A stretch of 63,974 nt of DNA, filler included, from Eremomyces bilateralis CBS 781.70 (Eukaryota): NCBI GenBank assembly GCA_010015585.1. It is 11 parts of 8 records of this genome, joined end to end, with 100 filler letters (N's around TTAATTAATTAA, not from the genome) between each part and the next. Parts side by side here need not be neighbours in the genome. Positions count along the whole stretch, not along the records: positions 7,400 to 31,792 come from ML975150.1; 10 more parts are not named here. The stretch is one strand, 5' to 3'. A model generated the notes under the pieces. It was given only the letters and a program-made list of their open reading frames with translations. It did no database searches and was not told the DNA's origin. A program made the position numbers and the translations under genes. The first letter of the stretch is position 1. Every line of letters starts with the position of its first letter. Below are positions 10,731 through 22,107 of the stretch, piece by piece.

Positions 10731-12590
10731 ATGCCACTCCTAATTCAGAACATCCACAAGGTAGACGAATTATCATTCCCCTACATCTTCGAACAGCATG
10801 CAACAATCAAACTACAGTCCGGCGAAGGATTCATCCGCTGCAATGTCTACCGGCCCAAACCTTCCCCTGGTGGAGTCGACCGGTTTCCCGCTATTGTTAC
10901 ATATGGTCCGTACGGGAAAGACATTCACTACAGAGACTTTCATCCCGCATCATTCTCGGAGGTCAATCCGCAACACAAGTCTGAGCACTCCGCCTGGGAG
11001 ACACCGGATCCTGCGTTCTGGACTGCGCACGGCTATGTTGTCGTGCGGGCTGACGAACGTGGAACCGGGCAGTCGCCAGGACTCTTGGATACCATGTCCC
11101 GAGGCACGAGCGAGGCCTTTGTCGAAGTGATCGAATGGACCGCCCAGCAGCCATGGAGTACAGGCAAAGTTGGCCTGTTGGGAATCTCATATTATGCAGG
11201 CAGCCAATGGAGGGTCGCAGCGCGGAAACCTCGCGGCCTGGCGGCGATCATCCCGTGGGAAGGTATGTCCGATTACTACCGGGACCGTTGTCGACATGGA
11301 GGGATCCTGGCGAATGCTTTCATCAAGTTCTGGTGGAACCGGCAGGTGGTCACTAATCAATACGGCAGGCCGGGCCGAGCAGCAAACAACTGGGGCCCAG
11401 ATACGATCGAGGGCAACTTGACGCCGGAGGAGCTGGAGAAGAATCGAAAGGATCAGTGCCATGACAACGCCACTCACTCATTTCGAGAAGAACTCTACTA
11501 CGCGTCGAAGGAGTATGACCTTGGTGACATTGAGGTTCCTATGCTATCAGTTGGAAATTGGGGTGGAATCCTTCTTCATCTGAGAGGGAACCTGGAAGGA
11601 TACGTCTATGGGGGCTCGGAGTTCAAATATCTCCGAATGATTACGGGTCGGCATGATTTGCCGTTTTACTATGAAGAAGAAGCCAAGATCCAGCTAAGTT
11701 TTCTGGACGCATTTCTCAAAGGACAAGACCCAACTGGCTGGTCGATAAAAGGGAAACTCCCACCTGTCGATCTCGTCATTCGCCGGGGCGATATGGGATT
11801 CAACAATGCCGCTGCTGAGAAGCAATTCACTCGACGAACCGAAAACGAATGGCCCATTGCGCGAACCCAATATGTGAAATTTTTCCTGGGCCTGGATCAA
11901 ACTCTCACGAGGAACCCTCCAGTCATTACATTGCCAAAGAAGATCTCATACAAAGCCTTAGGGAGCATTGAGGACCCACAATGTGTACAATTTTCCACCC
12001 CCGCGTTCGAAGAAGAGATCGAGATCACAGGCTATGTCACCGCCACACTGAACGTTTCCATGAGTGCCGAAGTCTCCAAAGCTACCCCTAGGGACATCGA
12101 CCTCTTCTTAACTCTCCGCCATATCTCGCCAGAAGGGAAGGAGGTGTACTATACCGGTACCGCAGGCGACCCCGTTCCGCTCACTAAGGGATGGCTGCGT
12201 GTCAGTTTTCGCAAGACCAGTCCGGATCATGGGAAACATCGGCCTTATTTGCCGTGGCGGGAATACATCTCTCAGGAAGTTCAGCCTGTGATTCCTGGAG
12301 AGATCTATACCGTTGACGTGGAGATTTGGCCCACGAATGTCGTCGTTGAAAAAGGGGCCAAGATTGTACTTGAGGTCTCGTCTGGAGATACGCAAGGGAG
12401 CGGAATCTTTCTTCACAATGACCCTTCTGACAGGTATGTAGAACCCCCTTTTCTCTCGGCTAAGCTAACCGCAGTCATTTTCAGGAACGAGGAAAAGTTT
12501 GCCGGCGTCAACCACATTTGCTTCAGCCCCAATCTGTTGAACTGCCTGACGCTACCAATAATTCCTCCTAGGGAAAGTTGCACGGACTAA
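10731..12590 (+). CDS. CocE/NonD family (peptidase S15-like) alpha/beta hydrolase
   Basis: YGPYGKD, RADERGTGQSPG, nucleophile motif GISYYAG, GWLRVSFR. One probable in-frame intron about 12434-12484. Confidence 0.92.
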   Translation: MPLLIQNIHKVDELSFPYIFEQHATIKLQSGEGFIRCNVYRPKPSPGGVDRFPAIVTYGPYGKDIHYRDFHPASFSEVNPQHKSEHSAWETPDPAFWTAHGYVVVRADERGTGQSPGLLDTMSRGTSEAFVEVIEWTAQQPWSTGKVGLLGISYYAGSQWRVAARKPRGLAAIIPWEGMSDYYRDRCRHGGILANAFIKFWWNRQVVTNQYGRPGRAANNWGPDTIEGNLTPEELEKNRKDQCHDNATHSFREELYYASKEYDLGDIEVPMLSVGNWGGILLHLRGNLEGYVYGGSEFKYLRMITGRHDLPFYYEEEAKIQLSFLDAFLKGQDPTGWSIKGKLPPVDLVIRRGDMGFNNAAAEKQFTRRTENEWPIARTQYVKFFLGLDQTLTRNPPVITLPKKISYKALGSIEDPQCVQFSTPAFEEEIEITGYVTATLNVSMSAEVSKATPRDIDLFLTLRHISPEGKEVYYTGTAGDPVPLTKGWLRVSFRKTSPDHGKHRPYLPWREYISQEVQPVIPGEIYTVDVEIWPTNVVVEKGAKIVLEVSSGDTQGSGIFLHNDPSDRYVEPPFLSAKLTAVIFRNEEKFAGVNHICFSPNLLNCLTLPIIPPRESCTD

Positions 12591-12735
12591 GCGGCATGGA
12601 ACAGCCGCAGACTCAGCAGATTTCAGTATCTATATTATACTTGAGGGCCGTTTTCCTCCTTCCAATGTTATACCAAATCGTATCCCTGCATCCACTTTGT
12701 TCAACACGGTAGAAATAAATGTCATTCAACGTACG

Positions 12736-13885
12736 TCATGCCCAAGTACCTATGGTGAATTGCGAATTACACCTACTCTTATAAGCCGATGTTCCAAATT
12801 GTCAGTACAGAGGGCGAGTTCACTCACATGTTTGTCAGCTCCCATGTCTCTGCCTCCAACGTCGCAAATGTCCCCTCATCTTCCGGGTCACCTGCCGCAC
12901 CTGCGACAAACAGGCCCGCCATGAAGTGATCGTCCGTTGCGTGTGCGTCCCGGAACTGTGGGTGCTTCATCAACCGCGTCATGGCTCGCCGCAGCCGTGG
13001 CCCACTATTCTGCGTCAACGCATCCTCCACAGACTGGCGAAACTCCAACGCCCAGCCCTCCGGCGGCGTCTCCATGGCGAAATTGTCCAAGTACCGCAGC
13101 ATTGGAGCCCAGCGGTTACGGTAAAGGTTATGCACGGCGCCACCGCTGCCGATTAGGAGGTAGCCGTCGTGACGAAGCGGCCGCAGCGTGGCGCCGACTT
13201 TCATGTGGAAGTGTGGGTCGAAGCGGGCGTTCATGGAGATTAATACAGTAGGTGGGCATCCGTGAGGGAACATGCGGATTAAAATGAGGTATGTATCGTG
13301 GATCCAGTCAAAGGACGGGTTGCCATCCACGTTGAAGCCTTGGGTGCGGAGCATCTTGATGCACCGCTCAGCAGTGGTGAGGTCTGGATTGAGTTTGTAG
13401 TTCCGGTATTTGTCTGGATGCACATATCTGATTTTGTGTTACCAAGACAGCCAATATGAGATTCATTAGCCTCAAGCGAGAAATAGAATCAAGCACCTAC
13501 GCTACAGGTGACTTCTTTGGATCCGGATTGGTGGCTACTTCGATCCGATCTCCTTCTGCATCCCAGTGTGCCCCCTGCTCTGAATCAGCCTCTCCGTCTA
13601 CTAGTAATCAAGAAGAACACCATACGAAAGTTAACAATAATCATTGGTATCAGAGGCTATGTTCTGTTGGTACACACTCGGAAAAGCTAGAACATACCAT
13701 CATGATGACTCCTTTGACGCCTCTTCTTAGTGCTTCATCGCCACAGCGCTTCCAATAGTCCGCCGACTCCGATTCTTCCCCAAGCATCATAGTAGACCCA
13801 TGGGAGAAAAAGTGCACCGGGGTAGGGGCTTTCGTGAGGTTAACAACGCGCTCTGCGGAGAGGGGGTCGTCCGCTGCTTACCCAT
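12736..13885 (-). CDS. LigB/DODA-type extradiol aromatic ring-cleavage dioxygenase; multi-exon
   Basis: Spliced start M-APTPVHFFSHGSTMMLGEE, then GAHW, GSGGAVHNL, AHATDDHF, last exon CNSQFTIGTWA-stop. Confidence 0.88.
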
Positions 13886-14601
13886 CTTGAGTTCGAGTGT
13901 TCCCTTTACTTTGGGGCCAACCGCTTAGAAGACAGAGAGTCGAATGCAGGAGAGAAAATGAGGTATCTCATCTAATATGGTTGCGGCTTGGAGGTATAGC
14001 GTCACTCTAGAAGGTCTGCACATCACGGTATAACAGATAGGCCATTACACTCTCAACCCAAGCCGTCGATTCTGCCCCACTTCCCGAGCCTTCGCCCCGG
14101 TGACCACTGTATTGGTAATAGGGGTAATAGGGGCCGAACTGAGATAGATCAGGATTTTCATCCGAGCCGGATTCGCGGCACACTACAATTGGATACGCAA
14201 TGAGGGTAAGCATAGCAGGCCGCTAAATCCATATTGGTCCAGGGGAAGTTTTGTTTTCGTTTTTGGACTAAATTTTGTATGGGATTTGTCAGGTCAGAAA
14301 CAGACGTCAAGGAGCTAGATCATTCTCCGCCCTTGACCGCAGCAAGTGGAGACTGGTAATGAGAGGAGTATTGATTTGGCCTGATAGCAGACTTTATGCC
14401 TTCTACAGATCATGCTCTCTCACACGGGGGAGGCCCACCTGGGTATGGCTTGTACAATGGCTGACTGCTGTAGATTCGCCCTATGGGGCATATCATTGAA
14501 TTATCTTATACAAGATGCCCTCTTGACTGGGACAAAGAGCCGTGAAAAGCTAGATTGCGTCACAAAGCCCTTATTTAAGCACATCAGTCGGTCGGGTTCC
14601 C

Positions 14602-16658
14602 CTACTGGACCCACTGTGCAGTCGCGACTCGGAACCTCTTCCCCCAAATCAGAATGACAAAGACCAATAAGGAGAAAATCCCCATAAGCCCACCAAAAAC
14701 ACCGAACGGCACTGACGTTCCTGCCTTTGCAACCCTATTTGGTGTTAGAAATCTAAGCAACAAAAGATCTGTTTGACCTCTACCCTTACCACTCGCCAAT
14801 AAAAAATGTCCAGCTAAAAGCAATAATTGCGCGCATGCCTACTACTGCTACAAAACAGTCACTGGCCGCTTTGCCATATGAATCAATAATCTAACCATGG
14901 GTTAGACTGAGCTTCGTCAACCAAATTCAGGAGGGTACTTGCATAGTTAAATCCAACTGATGGCGTCTATGGTAGACTCGGTCGGAAAGTGTTCAACGGT
15001 TATATCTCGAGGAACCATGTGAACTCACCTGTATTAGACCGAATGCAAGCATCCCTAACCCGAATTGCATCCCCACCCACTTCGCACCCCCAGGATGGTC
15101 CGCACAAAATCCGAACACCCAAAGACCGGTGGTCGCAACAAAAAGGCCCGGCAAGGTTGTTTTCAGCCGTGATTCCGACTCCGCGAAGCCATGGGCTTCA
15201 TGCTTCACCTGGCCGGTCAGGACGCGATCGGCTACGAAGTAAGTGTATGCAGCGCCGACGAAAGTGCCGACGATGCCGCCCACGTTGGCTAGGCCGATGT
15301 GGTCATGCCAGAGGTATGGCGGTGAAGCCATGACCTGGGGGCTAATAGTGGTCACGGTGACGATCCCGCCAACAAGACCGGCATACCTGTGGAGCTCCGG
15401 GGTTAGGGGATGGCAAATACGGTTTCGTTTAAATTGTTATAACTCACCAAAACATGACCAGCCATACTCCAGGCAACCGGAGACTGAGCCAAGGCCCTCC
15501 GAGCTTCGATAGTAACCCGCCCTCATATCGCCCGACTTTGAGGGACTGGGCGAACGTGAAGGTCTTGTAGCTCGGAGGTGATATTGATTCTTCGATTGTT
15601 TTTTCGAAGCGGGCATCGGATTTTTCTCGCTCGTCCCCCGTCCGGACTGTGCTTAGACGCTGCTTTCGCACATACAGCGTCTCGGGTAGCAGGAAAAAAC
15701 AGAGAGCAAGACAAATTGCTGACAGGATCACGTTGGCCCAGTGGAGCCACGATATTCCGTAACGGAAAGCAATGTAGCTTCCACTAAGGCCGCCCAAAAA
15801 TGGACCGAGCGCGATGCTCATGGTGTAGACAGCCTAGAAATGCAAAATTAACGACTGGAAGAGGCCCGCAAGTCCATTAGGTTGGACGCACAGAAGAGCA
15901 GACCGACACGGGCATAGAGTATCGTACACCCCCAGGTCCACTCCCAATTAGGATGGAACCCATTTTTCACTCACCATAGCGCGTCCCCGCTGGTGGACAA
16001 AAAACACCTCCCCGATTGCAGCAGGAGATAAAGTCTCAGAAACGGAAGCACCAACTCCCATAAATGCACGAGCGGCAAGCAAGCTTCCGAAGCTAGTCGC
16101 CAGTCCAGCCCACATCGAGCTGAGGGTCAGAAGGAGGAGGCTGAACAATACTACCGGTCGCCTGCCAAAAGTATTGGCCAAAGGCACATTCCAAAGATTT
16201 GCGGCGCCCAAGAGCAAAACATTCACCTATATACACTCAGCACAATTTCAAAGTGGTCTTGACCGTCCGGTCCAGCGTACGTACGGCAACGAGGTAGGAT
16301 AACCGTTTCATCGGCACTGGCGGGTTGAACACCGCCGGCGTTGCTAGAAGAGGAAATGCACTGGCAATGGAAGCGGATGTGAAGTTCCCAACGAACGCAT
16401 AGAAAGATGCGCAGATTAGGAGGCCGACCTTGCTCCACCACTTCCAGTTCAAAGGATCGGCCGGATCGTCTGAAGGATCAGGGACCAACACGATGTGTCC
16501 GCCCCCCTCCCTATTCTGATCTTCGCGATCTAGACGACAATCAGACACCCATCTTGAAACGGGGACAGAGACTTACGGATAAGGACAGTAGTTCCCGGCG
16601 GTGTCAACTTCTCGATTTCCTCCTTAGGGAGGGCAAACGCGCGCTTGAAGGCGGACAT
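14602..16658 (-). CDS. MFS transporter (DHA1/HOL1-like); multi-exon
   Basis: VLVPDPSDDPADPLNW, NTFGRRPV, LLAARAFMGVG, IGEVFFVHQRG, ESESRL, WGKRFR; multiple hydrophobic helices across exons. Confidence 0.9.
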
Positions 16659-16781
16659 TGTGGCCAAGTTGAATTCAGTAATCGTCCCTTGGGGGTTTTG
16701 CAAGTTATACCGAAGAAGTGACAAAGCCATCGAGGTCGTGGATGGAACATATCCACATGGGAGGACGGATTGGACCCACAA

Positions 16782-16865
16782 CTGGGGAATCTGGGGCATC
16801 TGGGGCATCTGGGGGACGTGCGGGGGTTTCGGAGTCAATACTTGGGAGACTTCGGGAATGTGGGG
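16782..16865. promoter_or_regulatory. cluster of SYGGRG (CreA/Cre1-consensus) sites in the divergent MFS/cupin promoter
   Basis: CTGGGG at 16782, 16791, 16800, 16809 (9-bp period), GCGGGG at 16820, GTGGGG at 16860. Confidence 0.5.
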
Positions 16866-17138
16866 AAAGCACCCCGATCATGCACCAAGTCAATCAGAGG
16901 ATAATCGGCTCTGATATGGTCGTGCCTAGACAGTGTGGAGCCGTTAGAGTAAGTTATGCTTTGATGTGAAATGAGCGAAAGGTCGTCCTCGGATGCACAA
17001 ATGCCTCAAATTAGGAGTTAGCCCAGCCGCTCGACGAAAGGGAGACGCTTCTGGGCTTCTACTCTCCTCAACTTGCTATATCTGCTCCATATTTTGCAGC
17101 GACCTTCCGTTTCGTCCATTCTCACAGAACGCTACGCC

Positions 17139-17702
17139 ATGGGCCAAGATCCTTCACTACGTAACAATCTTGCCACGGTGCATCGTTACATTACGACGCA
17201 CAACAGCGATGGCAAGGCCATTTTCAGCGGCAGTCAACCCGAAACTCTAGATCCGACGCCGTTGCCGGATGGAAGGGCAGAATTTCGTTTGGGATTCGCA
17301 ACCCACAAATTTCCGATTCAACTCACCGGGGACCCGGACCTGGGATTCTATGCGGACAAGCTGGCCAACCCGCCGGGCCTGAACCTCTCGAACGGCTCGG
17401 TACTCCGATACGTGGACATGCCTCCAAACTCAGTGTCGCCTATGCATCGAACGGTCAGTCTGGATTATGGAATCGTCCTGGAGGGCCAGATCAGCCTCAT
17501 TCTAGACAGTGGAGAATCCAAGGTCATGGAAAAGGGTGACTGTGCGATCCAGCGAGGGACGAATCATGCATGGCACAATCAGCATGCGACAGAGTGGGCG
17601 CGGATGGTGTTCATTCTGCTTCCCTGTTTTCCCATTGAGATACAGAACGCAAGATTGGGGGAAAATTTGGGAGATATGAACGGAGTTCCGGCCTCAACTT
17701 AA
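17139..17702 (+). CDS. cupin-2 domain protein
   Basis: HRYITTHNSDGKA, SPMHRTVSLDYGIVLEG, QRGTNHAW. Confidence 0.9.
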   Translation: MGQDPSLRNNLATVHRYITTHNSDGKAIFSGSQPETLDPTPLPDGRAEFRLGFATHKFPIQLTGDPDLGFYADKLANPPGLNLSNGSVLRYVDMPPNSVSPMHRTVSLDYGIVLEGQISLILDSGESKVMEKGDCAIQRGTNHAWHNQHATEWARMVFILLPCFPIEIQNARLGENLGDMNGVPAST

Positions 17703-18534
17703 TCAACCTTAATGTGACAGAGGTTTCGCTGCCGTGTTGTCCCAGTCCAAATGCCAAGCACCATACCCTTGTCTAGTGCAGGCGTAGTTGATGAGCTTAT
17801 TTCAACGAAAATCATACACAGCTCCGTACGGAGTATTCCCTTAGATATCAAATTTTGCCCCCCAAATTGAAGCTTAAATCTAGCACCTCAAGAACTGCGT
17901 TTTAAATCGCCTTCGGAGTTAGTTAGGAGCTATGCGATGTATACATAAGTCTAGGTGTATATTTCGGAAGCGTATAACTTACGCGTTGTGAGGATATTTA
18001 AATGTACATTTTGGGCTTGGAGAGTTTTGGTGTGGGCCGATGACTAGGGTGGGCTGGTGAGTGGTTGAACACAGCAGAGTGCCAATTAATTAACTTAGTT
18101 GTGTTCAGGAAACTAACCATCCGCTTCGGCATCGACACGTACCCGCCCCCGCCGCCATCACTCACGTCCCGCACGACGCTGCAGCTCATCTTTACCATCC
18201 AGTCATTGCTACTTCATACTGTTGATATATTTAGCTCCGATGATGTCCTTTGAACGAGCCCTAGGCTGCGATTGCGTGCCGACCGTCACTTGAAGCCGAA
18301 CCGGTCAGGTTTACGGTGGGGCCTCATGTCGAACTTCGGCCTCGCGCCATCGAGCTCAGCCTTCTAGCTCTTAGAATCAATTCCAAGTTTCGTAATGCCT
18401 CTTTCCACATACGAGAGAACACATTAGCCTGGAGGCCCCAAAAGTAACTTTCAAGTTTCAACGAACGACACCTGTGCGAAAGTTCCCTCGTATGCGCCAG
18501 GGTACAGGAAATCCTCGCAGCGAAGTCTGGAGCC

Positions 18535-20884
18535 ATGGATCAACACGACCCATCCGCTGGTGTGCCATCCGCCAAGTGCCCACTTTGTGAGCAGTTCGCA
18601 ACGGCAATATCTTCGCTCCAGTCACGACAGCCCGAGCAATTCGATCTAGTCCCTCTCGAGCTTTTCTCGGGCCAAATACTTTACGAACGAGCAGACGAGG
18701 TCGACGGATACGACTTGTTCTCAGGACTGTATCTTGCGGAAAACTCGCAATGCTTAACATGTACAGCATTAACAGATAGCATCGTCCACAGAGCCTTGCG
18801 CGAGGTTTCGGATCCGGTTTCGACGCTGAAGTCATCAAAACTTTCGTTGAATGGGCCTATGTGCGCGACGGGATGTTTTATCCTTGACGTAAGTCATGAT
18901 ACCCTTCCAATCAAAACATGCCCTGACTATGACATAGATCGAGACCACAACCGAAAGGTACGAGCTGCGTATCGTTCCCTCGTCTTTCGCCAACTCATCG
19001 AAACCTGATCCCTCGCTTATTGATTTCGGCATGATTCGAAGCTGGGTGCAAACCTGCGATTACCAGCACGCTGGACAATGTCACACATTCTCAAGCGAGC
19101 GAAAGCGCTGTTACGTCAACATGCTGATGATCGATGTGGTTGAGTCGTGCATTGTTGCGATTCGTGTGGGTCAATATGTGCCTGAATATACCGCGCTCAG
19201 TTACGTATGGGGCAAGGTTGAAACACTCCTCTGTACTAAAGCAAACCATCAGGATCTGAAGATTCCTGGTTGCCTTGATACAGCTCCATTCTCGCTTACT
19301 CTAGCGAGAACAATTAGGGATGCAATGTCGCTGACAAAATCTCTCGGGCTGAGATATCTCTGGGCCGACATGCTTTGCATAGTCCAAGATGACCCGTCCG
19401 ATAAAGTCGTTCAGCTTCCAAACATGGCGAATATCTACGGAGATGCATATTTCACCATCGTTGCAGCTGATGGAACAGATGCTCGAAGCGGCATTCCAGG
19501 TATAAGTAGACATTCCCCTCGCACGTTTATACCACCTCTGCTTCATTTTAACACCTTCTCTTTGGCCGCAAACTTCGCAGTGAAACCTAATGCAGAGGAA
19601 ATCAGGGAAAAAGTATGGCACACACGTGCATGGACGATGCAAGAGCGTGCTCTGTCACGACGCACATTGATGTTTCTAGATCAGACCGTCAGCTGGACGT
19701 GCATGCAAGCGTCTTTCGACGAAGAAACGTTCATCCCAGCTTCGAGTGATAGCGTCAAGGCTTGCTATTACTGCCAGTCAAGCAGCGCCTCGGATACGAG
19801 CTTCTTGAGAATAGCCAAGTGGCCCCATCTCGACAATTACTCTGAGCTGGCGTCTTATTTCACGGAACGCTCAATGACCCGTTCGGACGATATGCTTAAT
19901 GCATTCGCCGGGATTCTTGCTGCACTGCGACCATCATTTCCCCATGGATTTTTCCAAGGCCTCCCGGAATTCTTCTTCGATGTTGCACTTTTATGGCGCA
20001 GATTCGAATCGGATCACAGTCGTCGCGCGCGCCGGCCCTTCCGCCGATGCTCCAAGCCAGGCAAGAAGTGGGCTTCTACTCATTTCGCAAGCTGGTCCTG
20101 GGCTGGGTGGGAAGATTGTCGCGTTCAGTGGCCAATGCTCTATAGCGATGCAGTGGATTGGGCGATGGAAGTCATTCCGATTTCACCTGTAACATCGTGG
20201 CAAAAAGTGAATAAGCACGGTAGTCTCTCAGCAGTACGGAACAGCTTCTATCAGCATCGTATTTCAGCCCAAGACTCTACTCACTTAGAACTAGAGGAAG
20301 GTTGGGAGAAAATCGACCAAGAAACTTCGCTACCATCCTCCGCGGATGGGTCATCCCGGTTCAAGCACCCCCTTGCTCCCGGTGTAAAGTTCCGCTACCC
20401 GATTCCCATCGCCAAGTTGACCTCGGAGCGGCCAACGCTAGATCTTCACTCCATGCACCTCAGATTCAGCAGTACAATTTGCATTTTTACATTCCGTGAG
20501 GAGGTCCTAGGCGTCCCATTCCCCCAAGGATCAATATACACAGCCAAAAAAGTTTGGGCAGGCTTCATGCACGACATCCAGACTCCAGTTCTGGCGGAAG
20601 ATCTCAACCCACTGGCTTGTGAGGTCGTCGCTATCAGTACTGGTTTCGTCAACATCAAACGCGAGCGTTTGCTCGACAAATGGGAACTTGCCCGGGTTGA
20701 AGATGTGGTTCCAGAAGTTGCACACTTTTCGCAGATTAGAGACGCTGGAGATGTATATCACTTTTACAACGTGATGTGGTTAGCGTGGGAAGATGGGATA
20801 GCGTATCGGAGGGGCATTGGGAGGGTGTGGAAACCGGTCTGGGAGCAACAAGAGCTGAAGCAAATGGAAATCACTCTCGGCTGA
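18535..20884 (+). CDS. HET (heterokaryon incompatibility) domain protein
   Basis: YTALSYVWG, TIRDAM, YLWADMLCIVQDD, MANIYGDAYFTIVAA, WHTRAWTMQER. Intron 18889-18937 (GTAAGT...CCTGAC...TAG) joins the two ORFs in frame. Confidence 0.93.
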
Positions 20885-21244
20885 TTTCTGGACCGACACT
20901 CCTGCGAACAGTCCTGCAGTCTCAATACCTGGATGTGCTGCATTGCCTGACTCTTTTTAATTGTGGCTGGCTTATTTCCAACCCAGCAGCAACACAAGCG
21001 TGCGTCAGCCACCGTAACAACTCAACCTTCAAGTCCGCCCTCAAGACCAAGCGACCCATCGGAGGCACCATGCTCTAACGCAAAATTTGCAACTTGAAAG
21101 GCTTTTATAGAGATCTACGGCTATGGGCTACAAAGCCCAAGCCTTTATATGACAAACATCTCAAGGACGTTTGAACATATATACGTTAAGCCATCGATCA
21201 GTTTTTGCCATGACGTGAGACTATTCAAGCCATCCCGGTTCCCT

Positions 21245-21510
21245 GGGCTTATCTTCACACTGAAATTGGTGCTATCGTTATTAGTGTACCATCCCTTTCA
21301 AATACTAGAACAGCTATTACAGAGCCTCAACATGCTCAGTATCACCGCGCGGCGCTGAGTTCAGGTAAGGCATGGATAACATATAATCTGCAGAACCCAC
21401 TGTGGTCACCCTCAGAGTATCGTCCACTATGCTCAGCAGTATTGGGGAAGACAATCGGCATCGGTGTCGGATCTGGAAAGGTACGGCTGTGCAACCTGGA
21501 GCTAGATGAA
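21245..21510 (+). pseudogene. remnant C-terminal tail of a NACHT-WD40 NLR
   Basis: YLHTEIGAI...AWITYNLQNPLWSPSEYRPLCSAVLGKTIGIGVGSGKV is clearly homologous to 41175-41428; no upstream repeats or NACHT. Confidence 0.8.
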
Positions 21511-22107
21511 TCTGAGGGATGCGGGAATGATAGTATAGAGGGAACTACGGAGTACCGAAGTTCATTTCAAAAGCTCTTTCATCCCTTCGAAACTCGAAAG
21601 TACTTGACCACCAACAATTTGTGTTACGCGTAGCGGAGTGAAAGGGCCAAAAACGCACCGAAAATCGAGGGGCATCGATGGAAGGTAAAAGGAAATAGTC
21701 GCCACCACAATCCGAGCCCTGCCTGACTTACCCACACGAAATCTGTACCTACCCGGACCTAGTAACGTGGATTCATGGCTGTCAGTCGTAGGGACAGGGT
21801 ATAACTCAATTGCCCTCATCGGTTTTCGGTCACTATGGGCGCTGGAAATGGAAAGAATTTGTGTTCGACCTTCCACCATCAAGCAGCCCCAGCAAATTTT
21901 GCACGTCGTAGACTTCTCATCGAAAACAGTCCTCCCGATGTGGGGGGAAAATGGCCCGAAAAGGGTCAGGGTTAGTGGCAGTCTCTCGGAAAAGCCAAGG
22001 ATCCCTCACTGTTTGAGCGGAGGAGGAGGAATCCATTCTTGTTTATGTTAATGTAGACCGTTGTATCAACCTTCTCGATCCGTTGTTATACTCACCTCGT
22101 CGACTCC

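Noticed and set aside
14007..14213. 68-aa ORF as first exon of the dioxygenase
   Set aside because: ATG at 13885 plus a 53-nt intron gives MAPTPVHFFSHG directly; the upstream ORF has no supporting feature.
17822..17835. Palindromic CTCCGTACGGAG and scattered TACGGAGTA/TACTCCGTA motifs (21547, 47091)
   Set aside because: Short and few; no positional pattern to support a function here.
18889..19030. Apparent frameshift in the HET gene
   Set aside because: A canonical 49-nt intron (18889-18937) restores the frame.
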